A DNA stretch of 64,000 nt from Candidatus Cloacimonadales bacterium (GTDB lineage: Bacteria; Cloacimonadota; Cloacimonadia; Cloacimonadales; DAONDQ01). A program made the translations under genes and the position numbers. Of this stretch, positions 17,557 to 27,344 are shown piece after piece (the first letter of the stretch is position 1; every line of letters starts with the position of its first letter). The notes under the pieces are model-generated. The model searched no databases and was not told the DNA's origin. It saw only the letters and a list, made by a program, of their open reading frames with translations. The stretch covers positions 3,296,001 to 3,360,000 of the forward strand of contig OY759316.1 in NCBI GenBank assembly GCA_963662275.1, written 5' to 3'.

Positions 17557-20500
17557 TATTCCCCGCCTTGTCTTCTTGTACCACCTCTTGGTTTGTTTCA
17601 GGTAGAGCACTGGTAGCTTGCTTTTCATAATAGATCTGCAGATTCTCAGCAAAATACTGATCCACATCTGATTCGTTCATTACTTTGATTTCAATCTTAT
17701 TAATCCCTTCAATCAGATTCTGATTATCTATCCTAATTAAAGAATGTGATATCTGAATTCCATTTACCAGAACTGTATCAATGACCTGAGGCTCACTATC
17801 TAAAGGCTGCATATTGATATTCACAAGTATAGCACTGCTTGAAGCTATATGCATATAAGCAATACTTGGAAGTGTCGCAGATTTAATATCCCTGGATATC
17901 GTGATTGACTGATGAGGGAAAATCTTGATGCAACCAAGAGTAAATTTACTGGTTGTAGTAATATTCGGTAAGATCTGAGACTTTGAAATTGGAAACGAAT
18001 CTGGACCAACTTCTGTGGTCATACGCCATGTATCGTCAAGTATATTTTCCACAATCTCATAAGATGGAAGCCGATTCAATTCTACTAACATACTTGTAGC
18101 TGCACCGATGTTAGAATCAGTATAACCCGTACTCTCTGAGAAAGTCCTAATCAGATATGTTAAGTAAAAAACTTCCGCATCTTGTAAACCTAAAACATTA
18201 TCAGATTTCGTAGTTCTAATCATCTGGACAACTGTATCATATGTTTCAGGAGTTCCTTTAAGCTCTAATATTTCACGAGCAGTTAAGATATACTTTTCAA
18301 GTTGAGTATCCATCACCTGGGCAGCATGCTCATATATCTTACCAATTAACAGAATTGCTTTTGTCCGTCTTTGGCTATCAAGATCATAGTCATTTGCTGT
18401 CCGAAGTAACTTTTCAACCTCACTTCTATTTCTATTGGCTTCATCAATAAGACCTTGAATTCTCTTATCGCCTCCGTTTAACTTCTGTTTCCATGTCGTC
18501 TTATCATTCACAACAAGTAAGGTTGATGGAGACATTTTAAGGAAACCATTTTCAAGACTTGCCAACTTGTCATCATACGTTTTCAGGAATTTCATATTTG
18601 CCATTTCCGCATCATAAACAGTTCTGTATGCAGAAAAATCTTCATAGACACTGGACAATGGTAGCTTTAATCCTTCTTTCTGATAACTAGTATCGAGTTG
18701 TTTAAACTCGTCTATTCTAAGGAAAGTAGTCGTCCAATCCTTTCTTCCAAAAGCAGCTACGGCTTCATCATATATCTTTCCTAACTCACCTTTAGCAAGA
18801 TCAGGCAGAAGTGTAGAGTTTGGATCTTTCTGATAAATTTCAAGAGCCATCTTATGATATTCAGCTTCGTTCCCTTTTTCTTTATACTTAGCAGCAGAAT
18901 ATTCCAATAAACCTAACGCTTTAGGATGGTTTGGGTATAATCTAGCAAAATTCCTACTAAGTTCAGCCACTTTTTGATCATATCCATTTTGTCGATATTG
19001 TTCAAGCGCTAACAAGTAGATATCTTCCTTGGGGTCGCTGCCAATATTGATTCTGCCTGCGACTGCATCATTATACAGATCCAAGTACATATTAGCGGCA
19101 CGATCTTTTGTTTCTGCACTTTTAGCAACTTCAGTGATCAATGTTAAACGTGTCTGATAGGCTTCAACAGATTTGGGATATTTGGTAACAAAGTTATTTT
19201 TCAACTGTTCTGACTGTACTTTATCCGTTAATAGACTATCTGCAATCGTCCATGCATTCACATAAAGGATATAGATATCATTTACGTTATCCTTATATTT
19301 GGCAACATCCAATAGCAGATCAATACTTTTCTGATACATACCGGCTTTGTTGTATAAATCTTGTGCTACTATTTTATAACCAATCACTCTAGTTTGATCA
19401 GTTTTATCAAACTCACTTGCAAGTTTCAGATATTCTTCAGCAGCCTTGGAATATTCATTCTTAGATTTGAGTAAATCAGCCTGGTTATTCATTTGAACAA
19501 GGTAATTGTCATGAATTGCCTGTTTGTCTTGGGCATTCAAAGCATACGACTCTGCTTCTTTATAGTAACTTGTTGCTTGATCAAAATTGCTTGCTTTTTC
19601 GCTGAGCTGTGCAAGTTCAGTATAAATTCCTCTTTTCTGACTAACAGGAAGATTATATTTCAAAATAGCAAGAAGATCTTGCGTCGCTCCATTATAATCA
19701 CCAACTTTTTGTCGAATTTGGCTTCTTCCATAGATAACATGAATTATTTCATCATCCTTATTAGTATCTGTATTCTTATCAGAAAGAAGAATGGCAAGAT
19801 ATCTTTCAACTCCCTGAAGATACAGTGTATCAACAGCAGCAGATGAAATAGTAAAAGTATACGTCGTATCAGAGTATGTACCATTTGTATATTTATCCTT
19901 CAATAATTCCTGAAGTTTCTCAATACAAATGAACGCTCTTCTTTCATTCTGAAAATAATTTGTATTCTCTGGGTTGTCCTGGTTAGATTGGTAAATTCTC
20001 TGATTCAACTCTAAGTATAATTTAGGATTGTTCTGATGTTCTGCTAAATCGTAATTCGCCAGGATAACCTTTTGAGCTTTATCTGTAATCCATCCTTGAT
20101 TGGTTGAATCCACCAGCTCTGGAGTGTTTTGAAAACGAGCTATCAAACCAGCATACTTTTGGAAAGCGAGTAATGACTTATTATTAAAGTACTCATTCCA
20201 GTAATAGGGTTCAAGGAAGAAATAGGACTCGCAAACTATTTTCATAGGTACTTTCAAATCATTAGATTTATTGGCGTTATACCAGGATGAACCAACGCTA
20301 TACGTGCTAATAATCTTCTCTTTTTCAGCTAAAATCACATCTTTCAAGTTCATGTTCGGGCGTAAACCATTCGCATTTGTCGAATAAATCACAATGATTG
20401 AATCTTCCAAAGAAGGGTTTTCCAATTCATTCGGGTAAAGAGTCATATAGGCGTTATAGAAATCAATCGCCTGCATAGGTGCATTCAGGCTTTTTTTAAT

Positions 20501-21406
20501 CTGAACTGCTTTTAGAAGTATCTTCTTCCCATATGAAACGCTTACTGTATTAGGAAGATGATTAATGGCATAAAGCGCTCCCTCTGAATTGGACACATAA
20601 TCATTTTTATCCAAGTTAACTAAGCTATATGCGACATTTTCAATTGATGAATCTTCATAATAAACTTGGAGTTTAAGACTTGGATTAGCCATCAGGGATA
20701 AGATACTACAAAAATCACTGAAAGATTTCTCATATAAACCGGAAGATAAGTTAGCCCAACCTCTTTGGAAAAGACCTATATACTGAAGATCATCATTTGA
20801 ACGGTTCGCCAGGATATTAAACAAATCAGATGCTTTTTGGTAATATTCAACAGGGCGTTCCGCGTCTAAACCTATCTGATAATAGTCAACAGCTAAACGA
20901 AAAATTGCTTCTGATCTATAGGTGGAAGTTGGGAAATCTCTAATTAATTCACCATATGCGTCGATCGCCGGTTGCATATCCTTTATCGTTACCTTTAAAG
21001 AATCCACATTATTGGTGATCTCCTCAGCGTTACGATTTACGGCGCGGATACGTTTATCATTGACTTTATTCATGGCTGACTGGGAAACATAGAATCCAAT
21101 ATTGTACAATATTCTGTCTTTTTCTCTGAAATTCGGATCATTGATTAATACTTGCTGATAATAATAGAGCGTAATCTCTGGATGCTGTAGATTGATAGCT
21201 CCACTGAGTTCAGCTAAATTAGAATAGAGGGAAGCATTGTTAGGTAAATTTGGATTTTCTTGTATAAAATTCAGAGTTTGTTGAAAAACTTGTCTTTTTA
21301 ATACAAGATTCTTTTCCAATTGTATTTGTAATTGTTCGTCAGTTACAGCAACAGCCATTGAAACGATAAGTAACAAAACTGTAAATATGAAAATACCCTT
21401 ATTCAT
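17546..21406 (-). CDS. large secreted TPR-repeat protein (GltD/AgmU-like position)
   Basis: Signal peptide, multiple TPR-like helical repeats (AIDAYGELIRDFPTSTYRSEAIFRLA; FVTKYPKS; FARLYPNHPKA) and a beta-rich C-terminal tail. Confidence 0.7.
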   Translation of the reverse strand: MNKGIFIFTVLLLIVSMAVAVTDEQLQIQLEKNLVLKRQVFQQTLNFIQENPNLPNNASLYSNLAELSGAINLQHPEITLYYYQQVLINDPNFREKDRILYNIGFYVSQSAMNKVNDKRIRAVNRNAEEITNNVDSLKVTIKDMQPAIDAYGELIRDFPTSTYRSEAIFRLAVDYYQIGLDAERPVEYYQKASDLFNILANRSNDDLQYIGLFQRGWANLSSGLYEKSFSDFCSILSLMANPSLKLQVYYEDSSIENVAYSLVNLDKNDYVSNSEGALYAINHLPNTVSVSYGKKILLKAVQIKKSLNAPMQAIDFYNAYMTLYPNELENPSLEDSIIVIYSTNANGLRPNMNLKDVILAEKEKIISTYSVGSSWYNANKSNDLKVPMKIVCESYFFLEPYYWNEYFNNKSLLAFQKYAGLIARFQNTPELVDSTNQGWITDKAQKVILANYDLAEHQNNPKLYLELNQRIYQSNQDNPENTNYFQNERRAFICIEKLQELLKDKYTNGTYSDTTYTFTISSAAVDTLYLQGVERYLAILLSDKNTDTNKDDEIIHVIYGRSQIRQKVGDYNGATQDLLAILKYNLPVSQKRGIYTELAQLSEKASNFDQATSYYKEAESYALNAQDKQAIHDNYLVQMNNQADLLKSKNEYSKAAEEYLKLASEFDKTDQTRVIGYKIVAQDLYNKAGMYQKSIDLLLDVAKYKDNVNDIYILYVNAWTIADSLLTDKVQSEQLKNNFVTKYPKSVEAYQTRLTLITEVAKSAETKDRAANMYLDLYNDAVAGRINIGSDPKEDIYLLALEQYRQNGYDQKVAELSRNFARLYPNHPKALGLLEYSAAKYKEKGNEAEYHKMALEIYQKDPNSTLLPDLAKGELGKIYDEAVAAFGRKDWTTTFLRIDEFKQLDTSYQKEGLKLPLSSVYEDFSAYRTVYDAEMANMKFLKTYDDKLASLENGFLKMSPSTLLVVNDKTTWKQKLNGGDKRIQGLIDEANRNRSEVEKLLRTANDYDLDSQRRTKAILLIGKIYEHAAQVMDTQLEKYILTAREILELKGTPETYDTVVQMIRTTKSDNVLGLQDAEVFYLTYLIRTFSESTGYTDSNIGAATSMLVELNRLPSYEIVENILDDTWRMTTEVGPDSFPISKSQILPNITTTSKFTLGCIKIFPHQSITISRDIKSATLPSIAYMHIASSSAILVNINMQPLDSEPQVIDTVLVNGIQISHSLIRIDNQNLIEGINKIEIKVMNESDVDQYFAENLQIYYEKQATSALPETNQEVVQEDKAGNNEN

Positions 21407-23424
21407 CGACTACCTGTCCCCTGATCCTGTTGATCAGTTCGTTCCGATTCTTTTTGCAGAAGTTTATCATTATTCAAAGTTTTGATGTAGCTTAATTCTA
21501 AGAGAGTATACTCAAATTGTTTATTCATCTCGTTAACCTGTTGATTCAAACTCTCAAATTGTTGACCATAAACCTTGAATATCTCATCAAACTGACCAAT
21601 ACGAGTTTTTGCATCACGAAGAAGCTTACCTGCTAATTTGCGATTAAAGTTTTTCGAAACATCCTCTCTTATCACAATCAAGGAATCTCTGGTATTCATT
21701 ATGTCCTGCAAAGTACTCCGTATCGCTTGTTCCTTTTCAGGATTGGTATTATAATTCCCAAAAAAGTGATTTGCAGCTAATTCCAGATTAGCTATGTCTT
21801 CTGCGAGAGAATTATAGGTTGCATAGGCTTTATCAGCCAATGCTGTGTTTCCAGATTTTTTTGCCTGGTCACCAACCTGTTTCCAATTGAGCAATGCTTT
21901 TCTCTCTTCCCAAATTTCCCTGGAAATGAGTTGCGCATTTTCATATTTTGTAGCGGACACTTCAGGCAAATTGGCTATTAGATTATACGCAAATGCTTTT
22001 ACATAAGTAGAATCAAGATCAGCAATATGCTTATCGATAAGTGCTGTTTCATCAACATTTGGCTTATTAACCAGTTGTTTAATCTTGAGCACTTCCTGAG
22101 TCAGCAAATTTTGATATGTGATGTACTTATCTTCAATATTTTGTATCTTCTTTAATTCAACGGGATTGATACCGTACGACTGATTTGTTAATTGAAGATC
22201 AATATCAGAAATTTGCTGTTCTAAAACACTCATTTCGTTCACTATAGCTAGATTTGTTTCCTTACTATTACTACTGATAAATTGATCTCTTAAGTCTCTT
22301 AATCTATAAATAGCATGGTGTTTTTCATTGATTAACTGAAGAAAGTTATCATTCAGTTTTTCTGAATTATCCACTACGTTCCTTGCTCCTTCTTCATCAC
22401 CTTGTATGCTTTTCATATAGACTATCATATAAACTGAAGAAGTATAGAATTCGGTAGCTTTCGGATCGTTGAGGATCTGGTTTAATAGAGTTTCCGCTTG
22501 TCCAAACTTTCCTGAATTCTTCAAGGCAATTGCCATTTCATATTTGATTTCACTCGCTGAAGTATTGGCATTCACCTGAGAATATTGAGAATAGTATGTC
22601 AATGCCTCATCAAGATTTCCCAATTCGGCATACAATCGTGCTATACATAGCAAAATGAAATCATAATAGGGTGCTTCCGGAGAATAATCATCTTTGATTT
22701 TCATGAATTGTTCAAGGGCAGCATCAGGTGAGACCGAACTGACTACAATCAAAGCAAGCATCGCTTTTGATCTAAGTCCTAAAGTTTTATCACCCGTTAT
22801 TGACATAAAACTTTCATAAGAATTGTCATATTGCCCCAGATTATAATACGCTTGCCCCAATGCATAAATTTGTTCATTCGTCTTAGCAGTCGTTATCGTT
22901 GAATCCAGAGCTATCAGTTTGATATCCTGATTTGTCGCTATATAGATTTTTTCTAGAAGTGATATGCCAGCATTGTATTTGATAGAATTGGGATAATACT
23001 TAATGAAGTCTTCCAAGGCAACTTGCGCTGATTCATAATACTTATTATTAAAATCTATGAGAGCCTTGTCATAAAGAATCCGATCCTGAACAGAAGGAAT
23101 ATCTTTATAAATCATTTTCATTTCAACCAATTTATCAGAAGCAGCTTCCAAACTCTGATTTTTCATAATATCAATCAGTTGTTTTTCTTCTACCTCAAAA
23201 CTTTGCATAAGAGCCGACATATTTCCGGCGTTATACTGCTTCTGCACTTCTAATCTCTTAGTTGCCACAGAGGCTAATCTATCTATTTGGGCTCGGAGTT
23301 CATTGTACTTATTCAGTTCTGAAGTAACGATAGAACGTAAAGAATCTTCAGAAACATTCTGCGCAATCAGAATATTTCCAAAAACAAAGAACATTACGAG
23401 TAACAAGAAAGATTTAGCTTTCAT
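21403..23424 (-). CDS. secreted TPR plus coiled-coil protein (GltC-like position)
   Basis: Signal peptide; TPRs (ALEDFIKYYPNS; YALGQAYYNLGQYD; IARLYAELGNLDEA); helical coiled-coil C-terminal half. Confidence 0.7.
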   Translation of the reverse strand: MKAKSFLLLVMFFVFGNILIAQNVSEDSLRSIVTSELNKYNELRAQIDRLASVATKRLEVQKQYNAGNMSALMQSFEVEEKQLIDIMKNQSLEAASDKLVEMKMIYKDIPSVQDRILYDKALIDFNNKYYESAQVALEDFIKYYPNSIKYNAGISLLEKIYIATNQDIKLIALDSTITTAKTNEQIYALGQAYYNLGQYDNSYESFMSITGDKTLGLRSKAMLALIVVSSVSPDAALEQFMKIKDDYSPEAPYYDFILLCIARLYAELGNLDEALTYYSQYSQVNANTSASEIKYEMAIALKNSGKFGQAETLLNQILNDPKATEFYTSSVYMIVYMKSIQGDEEGARNVVDNSEKLNDNFLQLINEKHHAIYRLRDLRDQFISSNSKETNLAIVNEMSVLEQQISDIDLQLTNQSYGINPVELKKIQNIEDKYITYQNLLTQEVLKIKQLVNKPNVDETALIDKHIADLDSTYVKAFAYNLIANLPEVSATKYENAQLISREIWEERKALLNWKQVGDQAKKSGNTALADKAYATYNSLAEDIANLELAANHFFGNYNTNPEKEQAIRSTLQDIMNTRDSLIVIREDVSKNFNRKLAGKLLRDAKTRIGQFDEIFKVYGQQFESLNQQVNEMNKQFEYTLLELSYIKTLNNDKLLQKESERTDQQDQGTGSR

Positions 23425-23436
23425 ATTATCCTGCTT

Positions 23437-24411
23437 TTATTGTTGGTCTTGGAGTATTTTTTTAATTTCTCCTAATTCCTTCTCTGCCTGTTCTCTCTTT
23501 TCACGAATCAACCTCAATTCATCCAGTAATTCATTCCCTTGTTTAATTTCTTCAGGTTTAGTTACTGTTCTGCGTCCGGCGAATTCCTGCTGACCACCTT
23601 CAAGTCCAAAAAGTACATTAGGTCTCTTGGTCGTAACATATTTATCAAAAGTATAGCCTACATTCATACCAAAACGCAAACTCTGAAACTGTTCAAGCTC
23701 CATCATTGTAAGTTGCCCGCTAAAATTCTTATAGGTAATTTTACCTGCAGCATTTAGATTGAAACCATCCATCTCCGCAATGACAGACCACATCGGTGTT
23801 GGTTTTACTTCCAAGCCGACAAACACCCCATCAATCTTATGCGAGAGCTCGTTTTGACCTCTAAAACGATTTGTTCCAGCACCTATGGTAATTATGGTCT
23901 CCAAATAATTGATAAAACCTAAACCACGAACGACACTTGACTTGGTAATTGCAGCATATAGGGAATTTCTTTCGTACATACAAGGTTCTACGATATTTTC
24001 CCATCTGGCAGCATTTGGTGCTTCCTTAGGTACTTTGGAGAACAGATTATCTGCTCCGATCGTGATCGCAGGTAATCTAACTGTTTCTTCTAATATTTTT
24101 AATTTAGCATTACCACAATAAACACCGTGTTCGGCTGCCACAAAGCCTAATTCTCCACGATTCATGATACCGACATTAATCATTCCATCCCAAGTATATT
24201 GGTATTTATGACTTTGAAGATAAGTAATATTGTTGTAGTTCGGACTATGCCAATCATTTGCAGAAAAATAATTAACATATGACACAGTCACCATATTACC
24301 TGGCATAACATATGCATTGGGAACTCTAATATTCCCCAAGTTTCCGATCGGAATCGCTTGAAGAATGCAGAGTACAGACACAAGGATAGAAAAGACCACG
24401 TATTTTTTCAT
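23437..24411 (-). CDS. putative outer-membrane beta-barrel protein (YjbH-like) with a C-terminal coiled coil
   Basis: Signal peptide; IRVPNAYVM; KLKILEETVRLPAITIG; amphipathic strands ending FGMNVGYTF; C-terminal LLDELRLIREKREQAEKEL. Confidence 0.55.
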   Translation of the reverse strand: MKKYVVFSILVSVLCILQAIPIGNLGNIRVPNAYVMPGNMVTVSYVNYFSANDWHSPNYNNITYLQSHKYQYTWDGMINVGIMNRGELGFVAAEHGVYCGNAKLKILEETVRLPAITIGADNLFSKVPKEAPNAARWENIVEPCMYERNSLYAAITKSSVVRGLGFINYLETIITIGAGTNRFRGQNELSHKIDGVFVGLEVKPTPMWSVIAEMDGFNLNAAGKITYKNFSGQLTMMELEQFQSLRFGMNVGYTFDKYVTTKRPNVLFGLEGGQQEFAGRRTVTKPEEIKQGNELLDELRLIREKREQAEKELGEIKKILQDQQ

Positions 24412-24508
24412 ATTCCCCCCACATTATCTTAATGTTGTTTTTTTTTGATTCATCTACATAGCATTTATAATGTATTGACATGTATTAGTCAAGTTTTATT
24501 TTATATAA

Positions 24509-24892
24509 ATGAAAAATGAAAACCCTTTAGCCTTGGCAAAAAATGGTGAAGATTTAGCTGCATCCATACTCTCCCAAAAGGGTTATACTATACTACAGAT
24601 GAATTTTCACAGTCGTTTTGGCGAAATTGATATTATCGCCAAATCACCTTCGCACATCATTTTTACTGAAGTAAAAACTCGTTCTTTTTTAAACAGAGAC
24701 CTTGCTTTAGAAGCTGTCTCATTAAAAAAACAAAAACGCATTCTCAAGACAGCTTTGCATTTTCTTCAGCAGCATCAGGAATACAATGAATTCATGATCC
24801 GCTTTGACATTATACTCGTCTTTTATCACCACGCAACAGAAAACTTCAGCATTGAACATATTGAAGATGCTTTTTCATTCAGTGGGGTATGA
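24509..24892 (+). CDS. yraN: YraN/UPF0102 family endonuclease-like protein
   Basis: GEDLAA...KGYTIL..NFHSRFGEIDIIA...FTEVKTR...RFDII...IEHIEDAF. Confidence 0.9.
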   Translation: MKNENPLALAKNGEDLAASILSQKGYTILQMNFHSRFGEIDIIAKSPSHIIFTEVKTRSFLNRDLALEAVSLKKQKRILKTALHFLQQHQEYNEFMIRFDIILVFYHHATENFSIEHIEDAFSFSGV

Positions 24893-26230
24893 AGAATCCT
24901 TCTCCAAATCCTCTTCTTGAAAATTTTTCCCTAAATAGCGCTGCCAATCAGCTTGTGAATTCTCTTTTTCATCATTTTTAGCATAGATCATTTTATAATT
25001 ACCATTCATTTGTATATCAATAAAAACATAGCTTCTGCCACTTTTTGTGTACTTCCAAATCTGATAATCCTTTTGTACAAACTTTGTATCATCGGAAGTT
25101 ACCCGTTTACTGATATCATCAGGCACACCCATTCGGATATAAATCCTACCCATGTCAGATTCCCAACCCGGTTTGAAATGTGAGTAAAATTTATTTGCAT
25201 AACTGATTCGATTCTTAATCAATGTCGTCCATTGCAGGACAGGCTGATTTTCTTCCGCTGCAAGAGAAATCCATAATTGAGTTGTCATGCGTTTTTTCCC
25301 ATCATTCGAAAGTACATCCAGGGAGGATAGTTTCGATTTTGGATAAAAATACTTCAGTAATGAAATCTCCTCTGCTATCTTCGGTAAGATACTGATAAAA
25401 TCTTCTTTTATTTCTCCCAGGGAGAAGAAAGTAGTAACGGTATCCGGTTTTGATCCTGATTTCCTAATGATCTTTAAATCCAGTAAACCATAAGGAAGAT
25501 CTTTCAAAGAAATACATGTTTGTATATTTGTTAAGGAGGATGTTGATTGGGTACTCGTTTCCCATGAACGAAGAATAGTTTTATCCTTGAGTAACCGATA
25601 TTCCATTTCGAAAGAAATACTGCCACCAGTTCCATTGGTAGGTCCAAACATTTGATAATAGATATACATACTATCCTGTAAGGCTGGATAAAAAACATGG
25701 GAAGGTTCAACCAAATATATTTTGTTATTTCTTCGGAATTTCTCCATATATCTTGTGGTATCTGCAGTGGCAATAGATTTGCTTAATTCAATATCACTGA
25801 GAGACCTATCAACTGGTAATTCGATAAGATCCTTGACCCAGGTTTTCGAATTAGTAGACTTCGGATCTGTAAATGTAATCCTGATTTTGTAACTCTTACC
25901 ACTCAAAACCAGGCTAATCTTATCCATAAAGGATTTTTGTTCTGACTCTGCATCATTCTGACTCGAGACCCCGATTTTATTGGTGAATTCCTTTTGAGTA
26001 ATGACGGAATCACTTTTTAGAATTTCGATTTTTACAGTTAGATCAGCAAAATAACCTTTTTGAAATCCGACAAAACTCAAATTGTTGTATTTGACTTGGT
26101 AGTTAATCTCAAATTTGGTTTGATGTTTCTCATTAAAGAAGCGATTCATATCGATGTTCACAGGTAAATTAGCTGCCCAACACGCGAAAAAGGTAAAAGT
26201 GAATAGTAGTGTTGCTAATATTTTATTCAT
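24875..26230 (-). CDS. GWxTD domain-containing exported protein
   Basis: Signal peptide; RISYANKFYSHFKPGWESDMGRIYIRMGVPD...YQIWKY. Confidence 0.85.
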   Translation of the reverse strand: MNKILATLLFTFTFFACWAANLPVNIDMNRFFNEKHQTKFEINYQVKYNNLSFVGFQKGYFADLTVKIEILKSDSVITQKEFTNKIGVSSQNDAESEQKSFMDKISLVLSGKSYKIRITFTDPKSTNSKTWVKDLIELPVDRSLSDIELSKSIATADTTRYMEKFRRNNKIYLVEPSHVFYPALQDSMYIYYQMFGPTNGTGGSISFEMEYRLLKDKTILRSWETSTQSTSSLTNIQTCISLKDLPYGLLDLKIIRKSGSKPDTVTTFFSLGEIKEDFISILPKIAEEISLLKYFYPKSKLSSLDVLSNDGKKRMTTQLWISLAAEENQPVLQWTTLIKNRISYANKFYSHFKPGWESDMGRIYIRMGVPDDISKRVTSDDTKFVQKDYQIWKYTKSGRSYVFIDIQMNGNYKMIYAKNDEKENSQADWQRYLGKNFQEEDLEKDSSYPTE

Positions 26231-27344
26231 CGGATACCGATCCTAGTTGGTAATTCCCCCAACTGTTAAAATCATAAAATTGGAAGATTTTGTTTTCAGA
26301 ATAATAGTACCATATAATGTATGGTGGTCTATCCAAGGGATATGGATCAGATACCACTTCATCAGGAGTACCGTATTTAATAAAAATTCTACCTCTGTCA
26401 GATTTCCAACCTGGTCGATAGTTGCGAATCGAATAATTCCGATCCGCCTCTAATACTCGGGCTTCAAAGGTATCTCTGAATTCATTGCGGTTCGTACCAG
26501 GAGTGGGATCCTTCATCTTCCAGAAATCTTCGATTGCCTGTTTATCTTTTTCATGTTTGATTGACCTGAAATATTGTAGTTCATTTTGATTCATAATATA
26601 TTTCAATTGCAGCACCTGATCCTCAATCGAATAGCGTTCGCTGAAACCGCTTGTGGAATTAAACGAAAGTACTTCTTTCGTATATTTCACTTTTTGTGCA
26701 AAGACCTGCAATTTTATTACAGGATGTTCCAAACCGGCAAGAATTGATTTCATATCTACATGGATAACTTGTCCAGCAGAAATATTAATTATTTTAATTT
26801 TATCCTCTTCTGCTATGGAGATCTTGACACTATCCGGTATGATTCCCAGGTTCGTCTGTAAAAGCAATGAATCAACTTTTGAAGACAGATTATCAAGCTC
26901 ATGAACTAAAAAATAGTTATTCCCCATTTTACCAATTAAAAATAAAGTTCCAATTTTTTTCCCATTACTTGGAATTATCAATGGAAATTTCTGCTCATTT
27001 TTATCACCTAGATCAAGGTTATTTACCTGCATGTATAACATATAATTCCCGGGAGGAAGCTTGATATTGCGAAAAATAGGATAGTCTTCTGTATCCATGG
27101 AATCAGGTTTTGTAAATTTTAACGGCTCAAATTCATGGTAAACATTTTTTTTATTCGTATCTAATATATCCACTTTCAATTCATAGTCACAAATTCTGGT
27201 TTGAAGATTAGGATGAAATCCGGAATACGGGAGAAGTAGTAATAGTATTGTAGTATCGCCAACTTTTTCAGATCTTAATTGCTGACCGATGAGAAACGTT
27301 TGGAGACTTATTAGGAGAATAACTAATCCTATGATTTTATACAT
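26223..27344 (-). CDS. GWxTD domain-containing exported protein
   Basis: Signal peptide; FWKMKDPTPGTNRNEF...RVLEADRNY...PGWKSDRGRIFIKYGTPD. Confidence 0.85.
   Translation of the reverse strand: MYKIIGLVILLISLQTFLIGQQLRSEKVGDTTILLLLLPYSGFHPNLQTRICDYELKVDILDTNKKNVYHEFEPLKFTKPDSMDTEDYPIFRNIKLPPGNYMLYMQVNNLDLGDKNEQKFPLIIPSNGKKIGTLFLIGKMGNNYFLVHELDNLSSKVDSLLLQTNLGIIPDSVKISIAEEDKIKIINISAGQVIHVDMKSILAGLEHPVIKLQVFAQKVKYTKEVLSFNSTSGFSERYSIEDQVLQLKYIMNQNELQYFRSIKHEKDKQAIEDFWKMKDPTPGTNRNEFRDTFEARVLEADRNYSIRNYRPGWKSDRGRIFIKYGTPDEVVSDPYPLDRPPYIIWYYYSENKIFQFYDFNSWGNYQLGSVSDE

Noticed and set aside
17557..17667. N-terminal extension of the small ORF given in the ORF track
   Set aside because: It lies within the upstream TPR gene; the RBS and signal peptide point to the ATG at 17556.
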